Assembly (NCBI GenBank): GCA_031290255.1
Contig: JAITNW010000012.1
Location: 3,919-67,918 of the forward strand
Length of the DNA stretch: 64,000 bases
Reading direction: 5' to 3'
Origin: Candidatus Nomurabacteria bacterium
GTDB taxonomy: Bacteria; Patescibacteriota; Saccharimonadia; Saccharimonadales; Saccharimonadaceae
Shown here: positions 55,541 to 64,000 of the stretch, in pieces
Numbering within the stretch: position 1 is the first letter of the stretch
How the letters are laid out: the number at the start of each line of letters is the position of its first letter
The notes under the pieces: model-generated
What the model saw: the letters and a program-made list of their open reading frames with translations, nothing else
Told to the model about the DNA's origin: nothing
Databases searched by the model: none
Made by a program: the position numbers and the translations under genes

Positions 55541-58396
55541 ATGGATGGTGATCATATTAGCATTCGGGGAGCAAGGGCCAATAACCTCAAAAATATTGAC
55601 CTAGATATCCCACGCGACAAACTAGTTGTAATTACTGGTCTCTCTGGCTCGGGCAAATCTTCCCTCGCCTTCGACACAATCTACGCCGAAGGCCAACGTC
55701 GCTACGTCGAAAGCCTTTCCTCATACGCCAGAATGTTCTTAGGAATAATGGACAAGCCAGACGTCGACACCATCACCGGACTCTCCCCCGCCATCTCTAT
55801 CGATCAAAAATCTACCTCAAGAAATCCTCGCTCTACAGTTGCGACTGTTACCGAAATTTATGATTACTTGCGCCTCCTCTTCGCTCGCATCGGTATCCCA
55901 CACTGCCCCGTCTGCCACAAAGAAGTCGCCCGCCGTTCTATCCAAGATATCATTGATGAGATTATGAAGTGGCCGACCGCGTCCAAGCTAATGCTGCTTG
56001 CGCCAATCGTCTCTCAGAAAAAGGGCGAATTCCAACACGTCGGTGAGCAATATTTGGCCAAAGGTTTCTCGCGCGCTCGCGTGGATGGCATCGTATACGC
56101 ACTTGATGAATGGCCCGAGCTCGACAAAAATATCCGCCACGACATCGAAATCATCGTTGACCGTCTGGTGATGTCGCCCGATATGGCCTCGCGCATAGCT
56201 CAATCCGTTGAGCAAGCGCTAGATCTTGGTAATGGCCTTGTGCAAGTACTACGCATCAAGGACACCGCTACTGCTCTTGGGCAAAGTAACATCAATACAG
56301 CAGATTCGGAAATTGTTACTTATTCCCAGAGATACGCCTGTCCGGATCATACCGACGAGCTCATCCCAGAACTCGAGCCTCGCTTATTCTCGTTTAATGC
56401 TCCACAAGGCGCCTGTCCAATCTGTACCGGGCTCGGCACTCGTATGGAAATCGACCCTGTACTCATCTTAAATCCTAACCTTACTATCGCAGAAGGTGGC
56501 ATCCGCCCCTACAATCGCATCAACCAAGACAGTTGGTGGCTTAAGCGCCTCGCTGCCGTAGGCGTTCGCTATAATTTTAGCGTCCACACGCCGATTCGTA
56601 ACCTTAGCGAGGGTACGATTCATAAGATTCTTTACGGCACCGGTGATGATAAATACAAAGTCAAACTGGCAAATGATTACGAATACGATACCACCTACGA
56701 AGGCGTCATTCCTAATCTCGAACGTCGTCATCGCGATACGGACAGTGAATTTGTCCGCAAAGATATTGAGCGTTTTATGCGTGAGCGTGAATGCCAAACT
56801 TGTCACGGTTCCCGTCTCAAGCCAGCGGTCTTGGCCGTCACTGTCCACGGGCTTAATATTATGGATATGTGTGCGATGGATGTGGATCAAACTATTGAAG
56901 TGTTAAATTCTGACCTGCAGCTTACCGAAAATGAAAGCTTTATTGCTGGCCCCATTATCAAAGAAATTAAATCCCGTGTCAGCTTCATGCAAAATGTCGG
57001 GCTCAATTATCTTGAGCTTGGTCGCAGCGCGGCTACTCTCTCTGGTGGCGAAGCACAGCGGATTCGTCTCGCCACGCAAATCGGTAGTGGATTGCAAGGC
57101 GTACTCTATGTCCTAGATGAACCGTCAATCGGCCTTCATCAGCGCGACAACGATAAACTAATTTCTACCCTAAAACGCCTGCGGGACCTAAAAAACACCG
57201 TAATTGTAGTCGAGCACGACGAAGATACTATCATGCAGGCAGATTATCTCATAGATATCGGCCCGGGTGCTGGAGTTAACGGTGGCGAAGTCGTCGCTAT
57301 CGGCACACCTCAGGAAGTCGCTAAAGACGAGAAATCTATCACCGGACGCTACCTGTCTGGCAAAGAAAAAATCCCTACACCAAAAACCCGTCGCAAAGCT
57401 ACAGGCAAAACCCTAAAAATCATTGGCGCTCGCGAAAACAATCTCAAAAATATCGACGCAGAGTTTCCGCTCGGCATCATGACGGTAGTTTCTGGCGTTT
57501 CCGGATCCGGCAAATCTACTCTGGTCAATAATATTCTAGCCAATGAACTTCTCGCGCGTCTCCACCGCGCCCAGACCGTACCGGGTTTGCATGAGAAAAT
57601 CGCGGGCATCGAAAATCTCAACAAAGTCATCGTCATCGACCAGTCACCTATTGGGCGTACGCCTCGCAGTAACCCTGCCACCTATACGGGAGTTTTTAAT
57701 TACATCCGTGAGCTATTTGCTAAGCAGCCCGAAGCTGAAGTGCGTGGCTACAAAGCTGGGCGCTTCTCTTTCAACGTCAAGGGTGGCCGCTGTGAGCACT
57801 GCCAGGGCGACGGCGTTATCAAGATAGAGATGCATTTCTTGCCGGATGTCTTCGTGACTTGTGACGTGTGCCACGGCAAGCGTTATAACCGCGAAGCCCT
57901 TGAAGTAAAGTATAAGAACAAATCCATCTCCGACATTCTCGATATGACAATTGATGAAGCTGTGGATTTTTTCCAAAATCTCCCATCTATTGCGCCCAAA
58001 CTCGAGACTCTGCAAGAAGTGGGCTTAGGGTACGTCCGACTTGGTCAACCCGCTACAACTTTTTCTGGCGGCGAGGCCCAGCGTATCAAGCTCGCGACCG
58101 AATTAGCCCGCCGCAGCACCGGTCGTACACTTTATATTCTTGATGAACCAACTACCGGTCTTCATACGGACGACGTGAAGCGGTTGATGAAAATCCTTCA
58201 AAAACTTGTCTCTGGTGGTAATTCCATGATTATTATTGAGCACAACCTTAACGTAATCAAATGTGCCGACTGGATTATTGATATGGGCCCAGAAGGTGGC
58301 CAAAACGGCGGTACGGTTGTTGCGACTGGCACTCCAGAACAAGTTGCCAAAAACCCAAAGAGTGAGACAGGTAAATACCTCAAAGGGATTCTCTAA
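55541..58396 (+). CDS. uvrA: Excinuclease ABC subunit A
   Basis: Preferred start ATG 55541 ([19 protein letters not shown]); two ABC modules ([18 protein letters not shown]), zinc-finger CxxC pairs. The ORF-track start at 55502 is a TTG inside the promoter. Confidence 0.95.
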   Translation: MDGDHISIRGARANNLKNIDLDIPRDKLVVITGLSGSGKSSLAFDTIYAEGQRRYVESLSSYARMFLGIMDKPDVDTITGLSPAISIDQKSTSRNPRSTVATVTEIYDYLRLLFARIGIPHCPVCHKEVARRSIQDIIDEIMKWPTASKLMLLAPIVSQKKGEFQHVGEQYLAKGFSRARVDGIVYALDEWPELDKNIRHDIEIIVDRLVMSPDMASRIAQSVEQALDLGNGLVQVLRIKDTATALGQSNINTADSEIVTYSQRYACPDHTDELIPELEPRLFSFNAPQGACPICTGLGTRMEIDPVLILNPNLTIAEGGIRPYNRINQDSWWLKRLAAVGVRYNFSVHTPIRNLSEGTIHKILYGTGDDKYKVKLANDYEYDTTYEGVIPNLERRHRDTDSEFVRKDIERFMRERECQTCHGSRLKPAVLAVTVHGLNIMDMCAMDVDQTIEVLNSDLQLTENESFIAGPIIKEIKSRVSFMQNVGLNYLELGRSAATLSGGEAQRIRLATQIGSGLQGVLYVLDEPSIGLHQRDNDKLISTLKRLRDLKNTVIVVEHDEDTIMQADYLIDIGPGAGVNGGEVVAIGTPQEVAKDEKSITGRYLSGKEKIPTPKTRRKATGKTLKIIGARENNLKNIDAEFPLGIMTVVSGVSGSGKSTLVNNILANELLARLHRAQTVPGLHEKIAGIENLNKVIVIDQSPIGRTPRSNPATYTGVFNYIRELFAKQPEAEVRGYKAGRFSFNVKGGRCEHCQGDGVIKIEMHFLPDVFVTCDVCHGKRYNREALEVKYKNKSISDILDMTIDEAVDFFQNLPSIAPKLETLQEVGLGYVRLGQPATTFSGGEAQRIKLATELARRSTGRTLYILDEPTTGLHTDDVKRLMKILQKLVSGGNSMIIIEHNLNVIKCADWIIDMGPEGGQNGGTVVATGTPEQVAKNPKSETGKYLKGIL

Positions 58397-58397
58397 A

Positions 58398-59651
58398 ATG
58401 CTCGGGTTTAAGCAGCTAGATGCTAAAATCAATGGCTATCTATCTCCGACGCTCACTTTCACTCACACTGATGAAGTGCCAGATAATATGCTCGAGCAAA
58501 TGTTAAACATCATGAGTGTCCTTGGGCGACCGCAAGGCCAGCTAAAAGTAATTCACGTTGCCGGCACAAGCGGCAAGACTTCGACTGCATATTTTATAGC
58601 ATCTCTCCTAAAATCAGCTGGGCATACGGTTGGGCTTACGGTGAGCCCTCGTATCGACACGGTTCGTGAACGCGCCATGATTGACCTCACTCCTTTGCCT
58701 GAGGCGGAATGGGCAAAATATCTCAATGAATTTTTTGATATTATCCAAAAAGCTCAGCTTCCAGCCACATACTTTGAATTTTATATGGCATTCGCCTACT
58801 GGATTTTTGCCAAGCTCGGCCTAGAATATGCTGTAATTGAAACCGGTATTGGTGGCAAATGGGATGCCTCAAATGTCGTGACATCTCGAGACAAAGTTTG
58901 CGTAATTACAGATATAGGCTTTGACCATACGGAAATTTTAGGTGAGACCCTATCGGCAATTACGTCTGAGAAAGCCGCAATCATCAAGAGCGGTAATACC
59001 GCATTTATCAACCTGCAAGACAGTGAGGCGATAGAGGTTGTTGAGGCGCATTGTCGAGAGATAAATGCTAGCCTAGATATCCTGGATAGCGCGCCAACTG
59101 GTGATTTCATGGAGCGTAATTTCTATCTCGCAAAACACGTAGTGGATTTCGTTTTACAACGTGATGGTTTTTCCGAACTGACAGGCCGACAATTATCAGC
59201 ATCGCGCAATATCGTCATTCCCGCGCGTGCTGAAAAGGTATTATACCGGGGCACGGATGTGATTATGGATGGCTCGCATAACCCCCAGAAACTCGCAGCC
59301 TTTGCAGATTATATCGAAAGCAAGTATCCGGCAGCTGACCGCATCATTTTAGCTACTTTTGGTAGCAACAAGATTGCAACTTTGGACGAGAGTATGCGGG
59401 TGCTGAATCGCTTATCCAGTAAGATTATTCTGTCTAGCTTCAAAGACGAAAGTCTAGAAACCTCAAAACGCGAAGCAATTGATGCTCAAACCCTCATTGC
59501 TTCCGCAGAAAAAGCTGGTTTTACAAGTATTCTATATCAACACGAAGCACTGAAAGCCCTTGATATAGCTATTGCTCAAAGTCCTGAACAAGTCGTGGTT
59601 ACGGGGTCATTCTTCCTGCTTAACCATATCCGACCATACTTATTGGGCTAA
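58398..59651 (+). CDS. folC: Folylpolyglutamate synthase / dihydrofolate synthase (Mur-ligase family)
   Basis: Preferred start ATG 58398, 1 nt after the uvrA stop; P-loop HVAGTSGKTST; DGSHNP. Confidence 0.8.
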   Translation: MLGFKQLDAKINGYLSPTLTFTHTDEVPDNMLEQMLNIMSVLGRPQGQLKVIHVAGTSGKTSTAYFIASLLKSAGHTVGLTVSPRIDTVRERAMIDLTPLPEAEWAKYLNEFFDIIQKAQLPATYFEFYMAFAYWIFAKLGLEYAVIETGIGGKWDASNVVTSRDKVCVITDIGFDHTEILGETLSAITSEKAAIIKSGNTAFINLQDSEAIEVVEAHCREINASLDILDSAPTGDFMERNFYLAKHVVDFVLQRDGFSELTGRQLSASRNIVIPARAEKVLYRGTDVIMDGSHNPQKLAAFADYIESKYPAADRIILATFGSNKIATLDESMRVLNRLSSKIILSSFKDESLETSKREAIDAQTLIASAEKAGFTSILYQHEALKALDIAIAQSPEQVVVTGSFFLLNHIRPYLLG

Positions 59652-59711
59652 CGCTTGATTTTCTCACCAGATTAGCATACTATATCCTAAAGAGTAAATA
59701 ATAGGAATTTT

Positions 59712-60407
59712 ATGAGCGAAGATAAGTTGACACTCGCTAAACGCGAACTGACTGGCAAAAAATTGAAATCATTACGAGAGCAAGGCATTATCCCATCGGT
59801 AATTTACGGTGGAGACAAAGACCCAGTTCTCACAGAATCCCCATACAACGAGACCGAAAAAATCGTCTTGAAGGCTGGCTATCACTCCCCTATCGATCTC
59901 GCTATCAATGGCAAAGAGCAGATGGCTTTGGTCAAGAACGTCGACATCGATCCAGTCAAGCGTACCATTCGCAATATTGAATTTCAGGCAATTTCTGCAG
60001 ACAAGATCGTGGAGGCCACTACCCCCATCGTCTTGGTCGGGTTTGAATCTTCTGAAGCGAACAAGATTCATCTTAATATTTTGCAAGTTCTAGAAGAGGT
60101 TGAAGTTAAGGCTAAGCCAGCTGATTTGCCATCTCGCATAGAAATCGACGCTTCCAAATTAGCAGCTGTTGACAATCGTCTTACGATTGCTGATCTCAAG
60201 CTACCAAAAGGCGTAGAGCTTGCCGATAAAGAGCTTGATCCAGAGCAGGTCATCGCTAATGTCTATGATGCTGCCGCAGAAGCTGCTGCTCGTGAGGCCG
60301 AAGACGAGGCGGATAAGGCTAGAGAAGCTGCTGCCGCTGCTGAGGAAAGCCCTGAAACCCCAGCTGGAGAGGCTGCCCCTGCCGCCACAGAGCCAAAAGC
60401 CGAATAG
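59712..60407 (+). CDS. rplY: 50S ribosomal protein L25 / Ctc form
   Basis: 231 aa; RELTGKKLKSLREQGIIPSVIYGG; Ala/Glu-rich C-terminal tail. Confidence 0.85.
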   Translation: MSEDKLTLAKRELTGKKLKSLREQGIIPSVIYGGDKDPVLTESPYNETEKIVLKAGYHSPIDLAINGKEQMALVKNVDIDPVKRTIRNIEFQAISADKIVEATTPIVLVGFESSEANKIHLNILQVLEEVEVKAKPADLPSRIEIDASKLAAVDNRLTIADLKLPKGVELADKELDPEQVIANVYDAAAEAAAREAEDEADKAREAAAAAEESPETPAGEAAPAATEPKAE

Positions 60408-60420
60408 AAGAGCTAGTAAC

Positions 60421-60454
60421 AAAACGACCTACTTACAAAATAGGTCGTTTTTTA
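60421..60454. terminator. Bidirectional intrinsic terminator between rplY and the aldolase gene
   Basis: AACGACCTA-cttacaaaa-TAGGTCGTT flanked by an A-run and a T-run. Confidence 0.7.
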
Positions 60455-60461
60455 ACTCAAA

Positions 60462-62303
60462 CTATTTTTTCACTAACGCATCGCAGTTAGCGCTAAGTCG
60501 CTTACAAAAAGCTTCGCGGGCCTCATCGGAGTTATCATTGTTGCCCTTCCATGCAAATAGCGCCGCATCTTGGAGGGCGCGCGCAAACGAGAATGTCACT
60601 GGCCAAGGGAACGGCCCTTCATTAGTCACAGCTTGCAGATTATTTGTTGCCTGCTCCATGCCTTGCCCACCACTTAAGAAGACTACGCCAGCGATATTCT
60701 GTGGCACGTGACCTCGTAGTACCGTCGCAGTAACTTTGCCCACTTCTTCTGAAGAAGACTGCTGTTCAAATTGCTTGCCGGCCAGAACCATATTCACCTT
60801 CAATATACAGCTCTTCAGATCCACATGCTTATTTGCTAGCTCCTCAAATAGTTTATCTAAAATTTTCCCAGTTACGTCTGCATTTTGTTGGACCGTATAA
60901 TATCCGTCATAGACGACTTCCGGCTCTACAATCGGTACGATCCCAGCGTCTTGACAATCTTTTGCATACTGCGCCAAAATTTCGGCGTTTTTAGCGATTG
61001 CCATATCTGTGGGCATTTCATCTTTTATTTCAAATGCCGCGCGCCACTTTGCAAAACGCGCGCCCATATCATAATACTCTTTTAACCTATCTGGCAGGCC
61101 CTCTAGCCCAACTGTATATTTCTCGGGGGAGCCATCAAAGTTCTGCAGGCCTTGGTCGACTTTTATACCAGGTATAATACCTTTTCGTTTTAGGAATGTT
61201 ACAAAATCCAGACCATCATCTGCTTTCTGTCTTGCGGTTTCGTCAAATAAAATTACACCACTTATGTACTTTTCTAGATTTGGCGTAGTGAAGAATAAAT
61301 TGCGATAATCTCTGCGATGCTGCTCGTCATCCGTGATCCCCATGCTTTCGAATTTCTTATGTATAGATCCGCCAGACTCATCTGCTGCTAGAATTCCCTT
61401 GCCGGCACTCATCAATTTCTTGGCGTTAGTGCGAAGCTCTAAGGTATGTAGACTTTCTTTGCCACCAACCTCCTCTATGCGATACTCCTCACCGATAATA
61501 TTTTCTTCTAGACTTTTCAGGCCAAGCGTACCATTCAATGTCGCTGTCTCTATGTTAGCGCGCGCCAGGAGGAGCGCTTCTTTGGCGGATTTCCCCAGCA
61601 TTACTGAGGCCAGTACGGTGGCGGCAATAATTGAACGCGTACTCAGATCTGTCATTAAATCTTTCTTCTCTTCTAGACTCCAGCCTACGCGACGACCGCT
61701 AAATTCGATATAATCTGGCAGAATCTTGAACATCGGCCGACTTGTTTCCATATCTATGTCTGCAAAAATCAAGGTTGCTCTTTCGATCAAAGCATTGATG
61801 AAATCCATCTCCTTATTGCAGCGCTTGCTCACGAAAACCGCAAGTCGCACGGCAGAGAAATTATCCAGATACGTCAAGATTTGCTGACTAAGTTCAGCAG
61901 TGATTACTGCAGACCTATCAATATAAATCCAATTTGGTGGCATATTCGGCGCCCGCCAACTGCTTGGCTGTGGATTACCTGGCGTCAGGTAGCTAATATT
62001 CTCATCTTGGCACAACATATAGCGATAAGTGGAAGGCGGATACTTCACGATTACCTGCCCTGATAGAAGACTTGCCGGCGCATCGGAAATCTCTGCCTCC
62101 ACGCCAAAACGTGCCAACACTTCAAGAGAGATGGCTGCGCCACCGTAAATCCCGACGCGCGAGAAAAATCGGTGGCTTGACCCATCAAAGGCGAAATCTA
62201 GCCAGTTTACGTTATTTTGATCGCGCTCAAAGTTGTTTTGCTTATCATCTAAGCGCAAATACACATCTTTGGTGATGTCTCCCACAATTAGAATACTGCC
62301 CAT
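60462..62303 (-). CDS. fba: Class I fructose-bisphosphate aldolase fused to an N-terminal PfkB/ribokinase-like (apparently degenerate) domain
   Basis: 613 aa. Residues ~285-613 are collinear with animal-type class I FBA (GKGILAADESGGSI, ILFDET..QKADDG, GIKVD.G, FAKWR, IVPIVEPE, LKVNMV, FLSGGQ, FSFARALQ). Residues 1-280 resemble the PfkB fold (ILIVGDITKDVYL, GGAAISLEVLARFG) but lack GAGD. Confidence 0.8.
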   Translation of the reverse strand: MGSILIVGDITKDVYLRLDDKQNNFERDQNNVNWLDFAFDGSSHRFFSRVGIYGGAAISLEVLARFGVEAEISDAPASLLSGQVIVKYPPSTYRYMLCQDENISYLTPGNPQPSSWRAPNMPPNWIYIDRSAVITAELSQQILTYLDNFSAVRLAVFVSKRCNKEMDFINALIERATLIFADIDMETSRPMFKILPDYIEFSGRRVGWSLEEKKDLMTDLSTRSIIAATVLASVMLGKSAKEALLLARANIETATLNGTLGLKSLEENIIGEEYRIEEVGGKESLHTLELRTNAKKLMSAGKGILAADESGGSIHKKFESMGITDDEQHRRDYRNLFFTTPNLEKYISGVILFDETARQKADDGLDFVTFLKRKGIIPGIKVDQGLQNFDGSPEKYTVGLEGLPDRLKEYYDMGARFAKWRAAFEIKDEMPTDMAIAKNAEILAQYAKDCQDAGIVPIVEPEVVYDGYYTVQQNADVTGKILDKLFEELANKHVDLKSCILKVNMVLAGKQFEQQSSSEEVGKVTATVLRGHVPQNIAGVVFLSGGQGMEQATNNLQAVTNEGPFPWPVTFSFARALQDAALFAWKGNNDNSDEAREAFCKRLSANCDALVKK

Positions 62304-62315
62304 ACTTCTATATTA

Positions 62316-64000
62316 TCACAACTCGCCCCAATCGTGTCCAATCTGCACGTCAACGGCTAACTTTACGGGGAGTACTGGCGCAATTTGCTCCATAGTTTCT
62401 CGTAAGATCTTAGCAACTTCTTCTTTTTGTGATTCATCACATTCCACGATTAGCGAATCGTGTACCTGTAATAGCAAATCGGCATCTGCGGGTAAGACCT
62501 GATCAAGTTTTATCATCGCAAGCTTCATCAGGTCCGCTTCAGTTCCCTGAATCGGCATATTGGCCGCCGCTCTTTCGGCAGCCGCACGCACGACATAATT
62601 TGGCGACTTCACATCTGGTGTAGGCCTGCGTCGGCCGAAGACTGTTTCTACATATCCCTCATCTCTTGCCTGCGCCAGTGTCGCATCCAGATATCGACGT
62701 ATTGGCAACCTGAGTTCAAAGTATTTTTCAATAAAATCCTTAGATTCTGAGACGCTCATGCCGGTTGCTTCCGATAGACCCTTTGCAGACATTCCATATA
62801 ACACGCCAAAGTTTATCACTTTAGCTGCGCGCCTCTGGTCTGGGGTTACTTGGTCGATCGGTACATGGAATGAGTCGCTGGCAGTTTTCGTGTGAATATC
62901 TAGCCCTGCATTAAAATCTGCAATCAATTTATCGTCGCCAGCCAGAGCTGCGGCCAAGCGAAGCTCAAACTGCGCATAGTCTGCGCTCACAAAAATCTTC
63001 CCTTTGCTCGCTATAAATCCATCACGAATCCGTTTCCCCTCATCCGTCCGTACGGGAATATTTTGCAAATTTGGATTCACACTACTTAATCGTCCTGTCG
63101 CGGTGACGTCTTGCGTATAGGTGGTATGTATCCTTTGATTACTATCCGCAAGTTGTGGCAGCGGCGCTACATACGTGCTAAGTAACTTAGAAATCTCGCG
63201 AATGCGCTCAATCTCTGGGATAATTGGGTGAAGAGCGCGTAATTTGTCGAGTTCTTTTTGTCCAGTAGAATGAAACCGTCGCATTTTTTTGACGCCCTTC
63301 GTCGGCAGCCCGAGTTCTTCATATAGTATTTCAGAAAGCTGCATCGGCGAGTTGATATTGAATGGATGCCCCGCCAAGTTGTAGATCTCCTGCTCAATAC
63401 TCTTAATCTCCTGGTCAAACCCCACCGCCATCGCTGCAAATTTAGCAGGATCTATCGTCACGCCCCGTTTCTCCATTTTGTATAAGATTGGGATAAGCGG
63501 AAAGTCAAGATTCTTTGCCACCCACTTAAGTTTCGGGAACTCAATGAACGCTTGTTGCTGTCTCTCATATTCTTGCGCAGTGACATCCTCAACGCTAAGG
63601 CCAACTTGATCATTCTTCCGAGCCAACGGATCCAGCAAAAAAGCCACCTGCCCCAAATCCCAAAACTTCTCTCCCGCCAGAATCTTCCGAGCAACTTCTT
63701 CATCCTCATGCATAGAATTCTTCACATTCCAACTAAGATATAAATCTGGATCCTCTGCGATTTTGTGATTTTCTCCACTAGAGCCAGCAAGCGTCTGAGG
63801 AGCTTCCAGTAATGGTTCAGAGGAAACTGTGGAAGAGGGGCGAGCCTCGCCCCTACTTCCAGCCGAACGCAAAGGGCGGTGCCCCGTAAAGACGGGCGCA
63901 CCCCCCAAAGTGTTTTCATCTGAACCATTATTGGAAGCTCCCTCACCAACATCTAACTTCCCAAACTTCCACACCAAACTCCGAAACTGAAACCGATTAA
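62316..64000 (-). CDS. polA: DNA polymerase I (partial; continues beyond the window)
   Basis: Pol motifs DYAQFELRLAA, RRAAKVINFGVLYGMS, LLQVHDSLIVE. The frame is open upstream of the ORF-track TTG at 63977 to nt 64000, so the 5'-nuclease domain lies off-window. Confidence 0.9.
   Translation of the reverse strand, partial: NRFQFRSLVWKFGKLDVGEGASNNGSDENTLGGAPVFTGHRPLRSAGSRGEARPSSTVSSEPLLEAPQTLAGSSGENHKIAEDPDLYLSWNVKNSMHEDEEVARKILAGEKFWDLGQVAFLLDPLARKNDQVGLSVEDVTAQEYERQQQAFIEFPKLKWVAKNLDFPLIPILYKMEKRGVTIDPAKFAAMAVGFDQEIKSIEQEIYNLAGHPFNINSPMQLSEILYEELGLPTKGVKKMRRFHSTGQKELDKLRALHPIIPEIERIREISKLLSTYVAPLPQLADSNQRIHTTYTQDVTATGRLSSVNPNLQNIPVRTDEGKRIRDGFIASKGKIFVSADYAQFELRLAAALAGDDKLIADFNAGLDIHTKTASDSFHVPIDQVTPDQRRAAKVINFGVLYGMSAKGLSEATGMSVSESKDFIEKYFELRLPIRRYLDATLAQARDEGYVETVFGRRRPTPDVKSPNYVVRAAAERAAANMPIQGTEADLMKLAMIKLDQVLPADADLLLQVHDSLIVECDESQKEEVAKILRETMEQIAPVLPVKLAVDVQIGHDWGEL
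63799..63941 (+). repeat. Palindromic repeat element, copy C (~143 bp), inside the polA reading frame
   Basis: Same core and orientation as copies A and B; outer arms 63799-63827 / 63912-63941 nearly complementary. Translated in the polA frame as GASNNGSDENTLGGAPVFTGHRPLRSAGSRGEARPSSTVSSEPLLEAP. Confidence 0.8.

Overview
64-kb chromosomal window, about 48-50% GC by eye, standard genetic code (TGA, TAA and TAG all end well-supported genes). Gene content fits a reduced-genome, monoderm-like bacterium; a Patescibacteria/Saccharibacteria (TM7)-like origin is my inference, not a search result. Core genes: sortase, TbADH-type secondary alcohol dehydrogenase, pgi, eno, a short uvrC, secG, a family-5 solute-binding protein, typA, a dcw block without mraZ (rsmH-ftsL-ftsI-mraY-ftsW-murG), pyk, pgk, topA, pth, PIN-PhoH, der, LCP/VanZ/Wzz envelope genes, gltX, uvrB/uvrA, folC, rplY, a class I aldolase with an extra N-terminal domain, and polA running off the right edge. 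There are five tRNAs: Leu-GAG, Lys-UUU, Val-GAC, Glu-UUC and Glu-CUC. The main accessory feature is an AT-rich ~4.35-kb island (31852-36199) bounded by a 19-bp perfect direct repeat. It carries an inovirus-like morphogenesis module: a 56-aa coat-like ORF below the ORF-track cutoff, pIII-like, pVI-like and Zot/pI-like genes, but no recognisable Rep or integrase. Other non-obvious signals: a ~143-bp palindromic element family with compensatory stem changes (two intergenic copies, one in frame inside polA); a 118-bp perfect hairpin in a 0.9-kb ORF-free region upstream of rsmH; several perfect TTGAC(T/A)-N17-TATAAT promoters with no ORF downstream; a promoter- and terminator-bounded ~300-nt structured RNA upstream of topA; and apparently leaderless uvrB and topA. 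All calls come from reading the sequence and ORF translations. No similarity search was run, and hand-counted coordinates of small features may be off by 1-2 nt.
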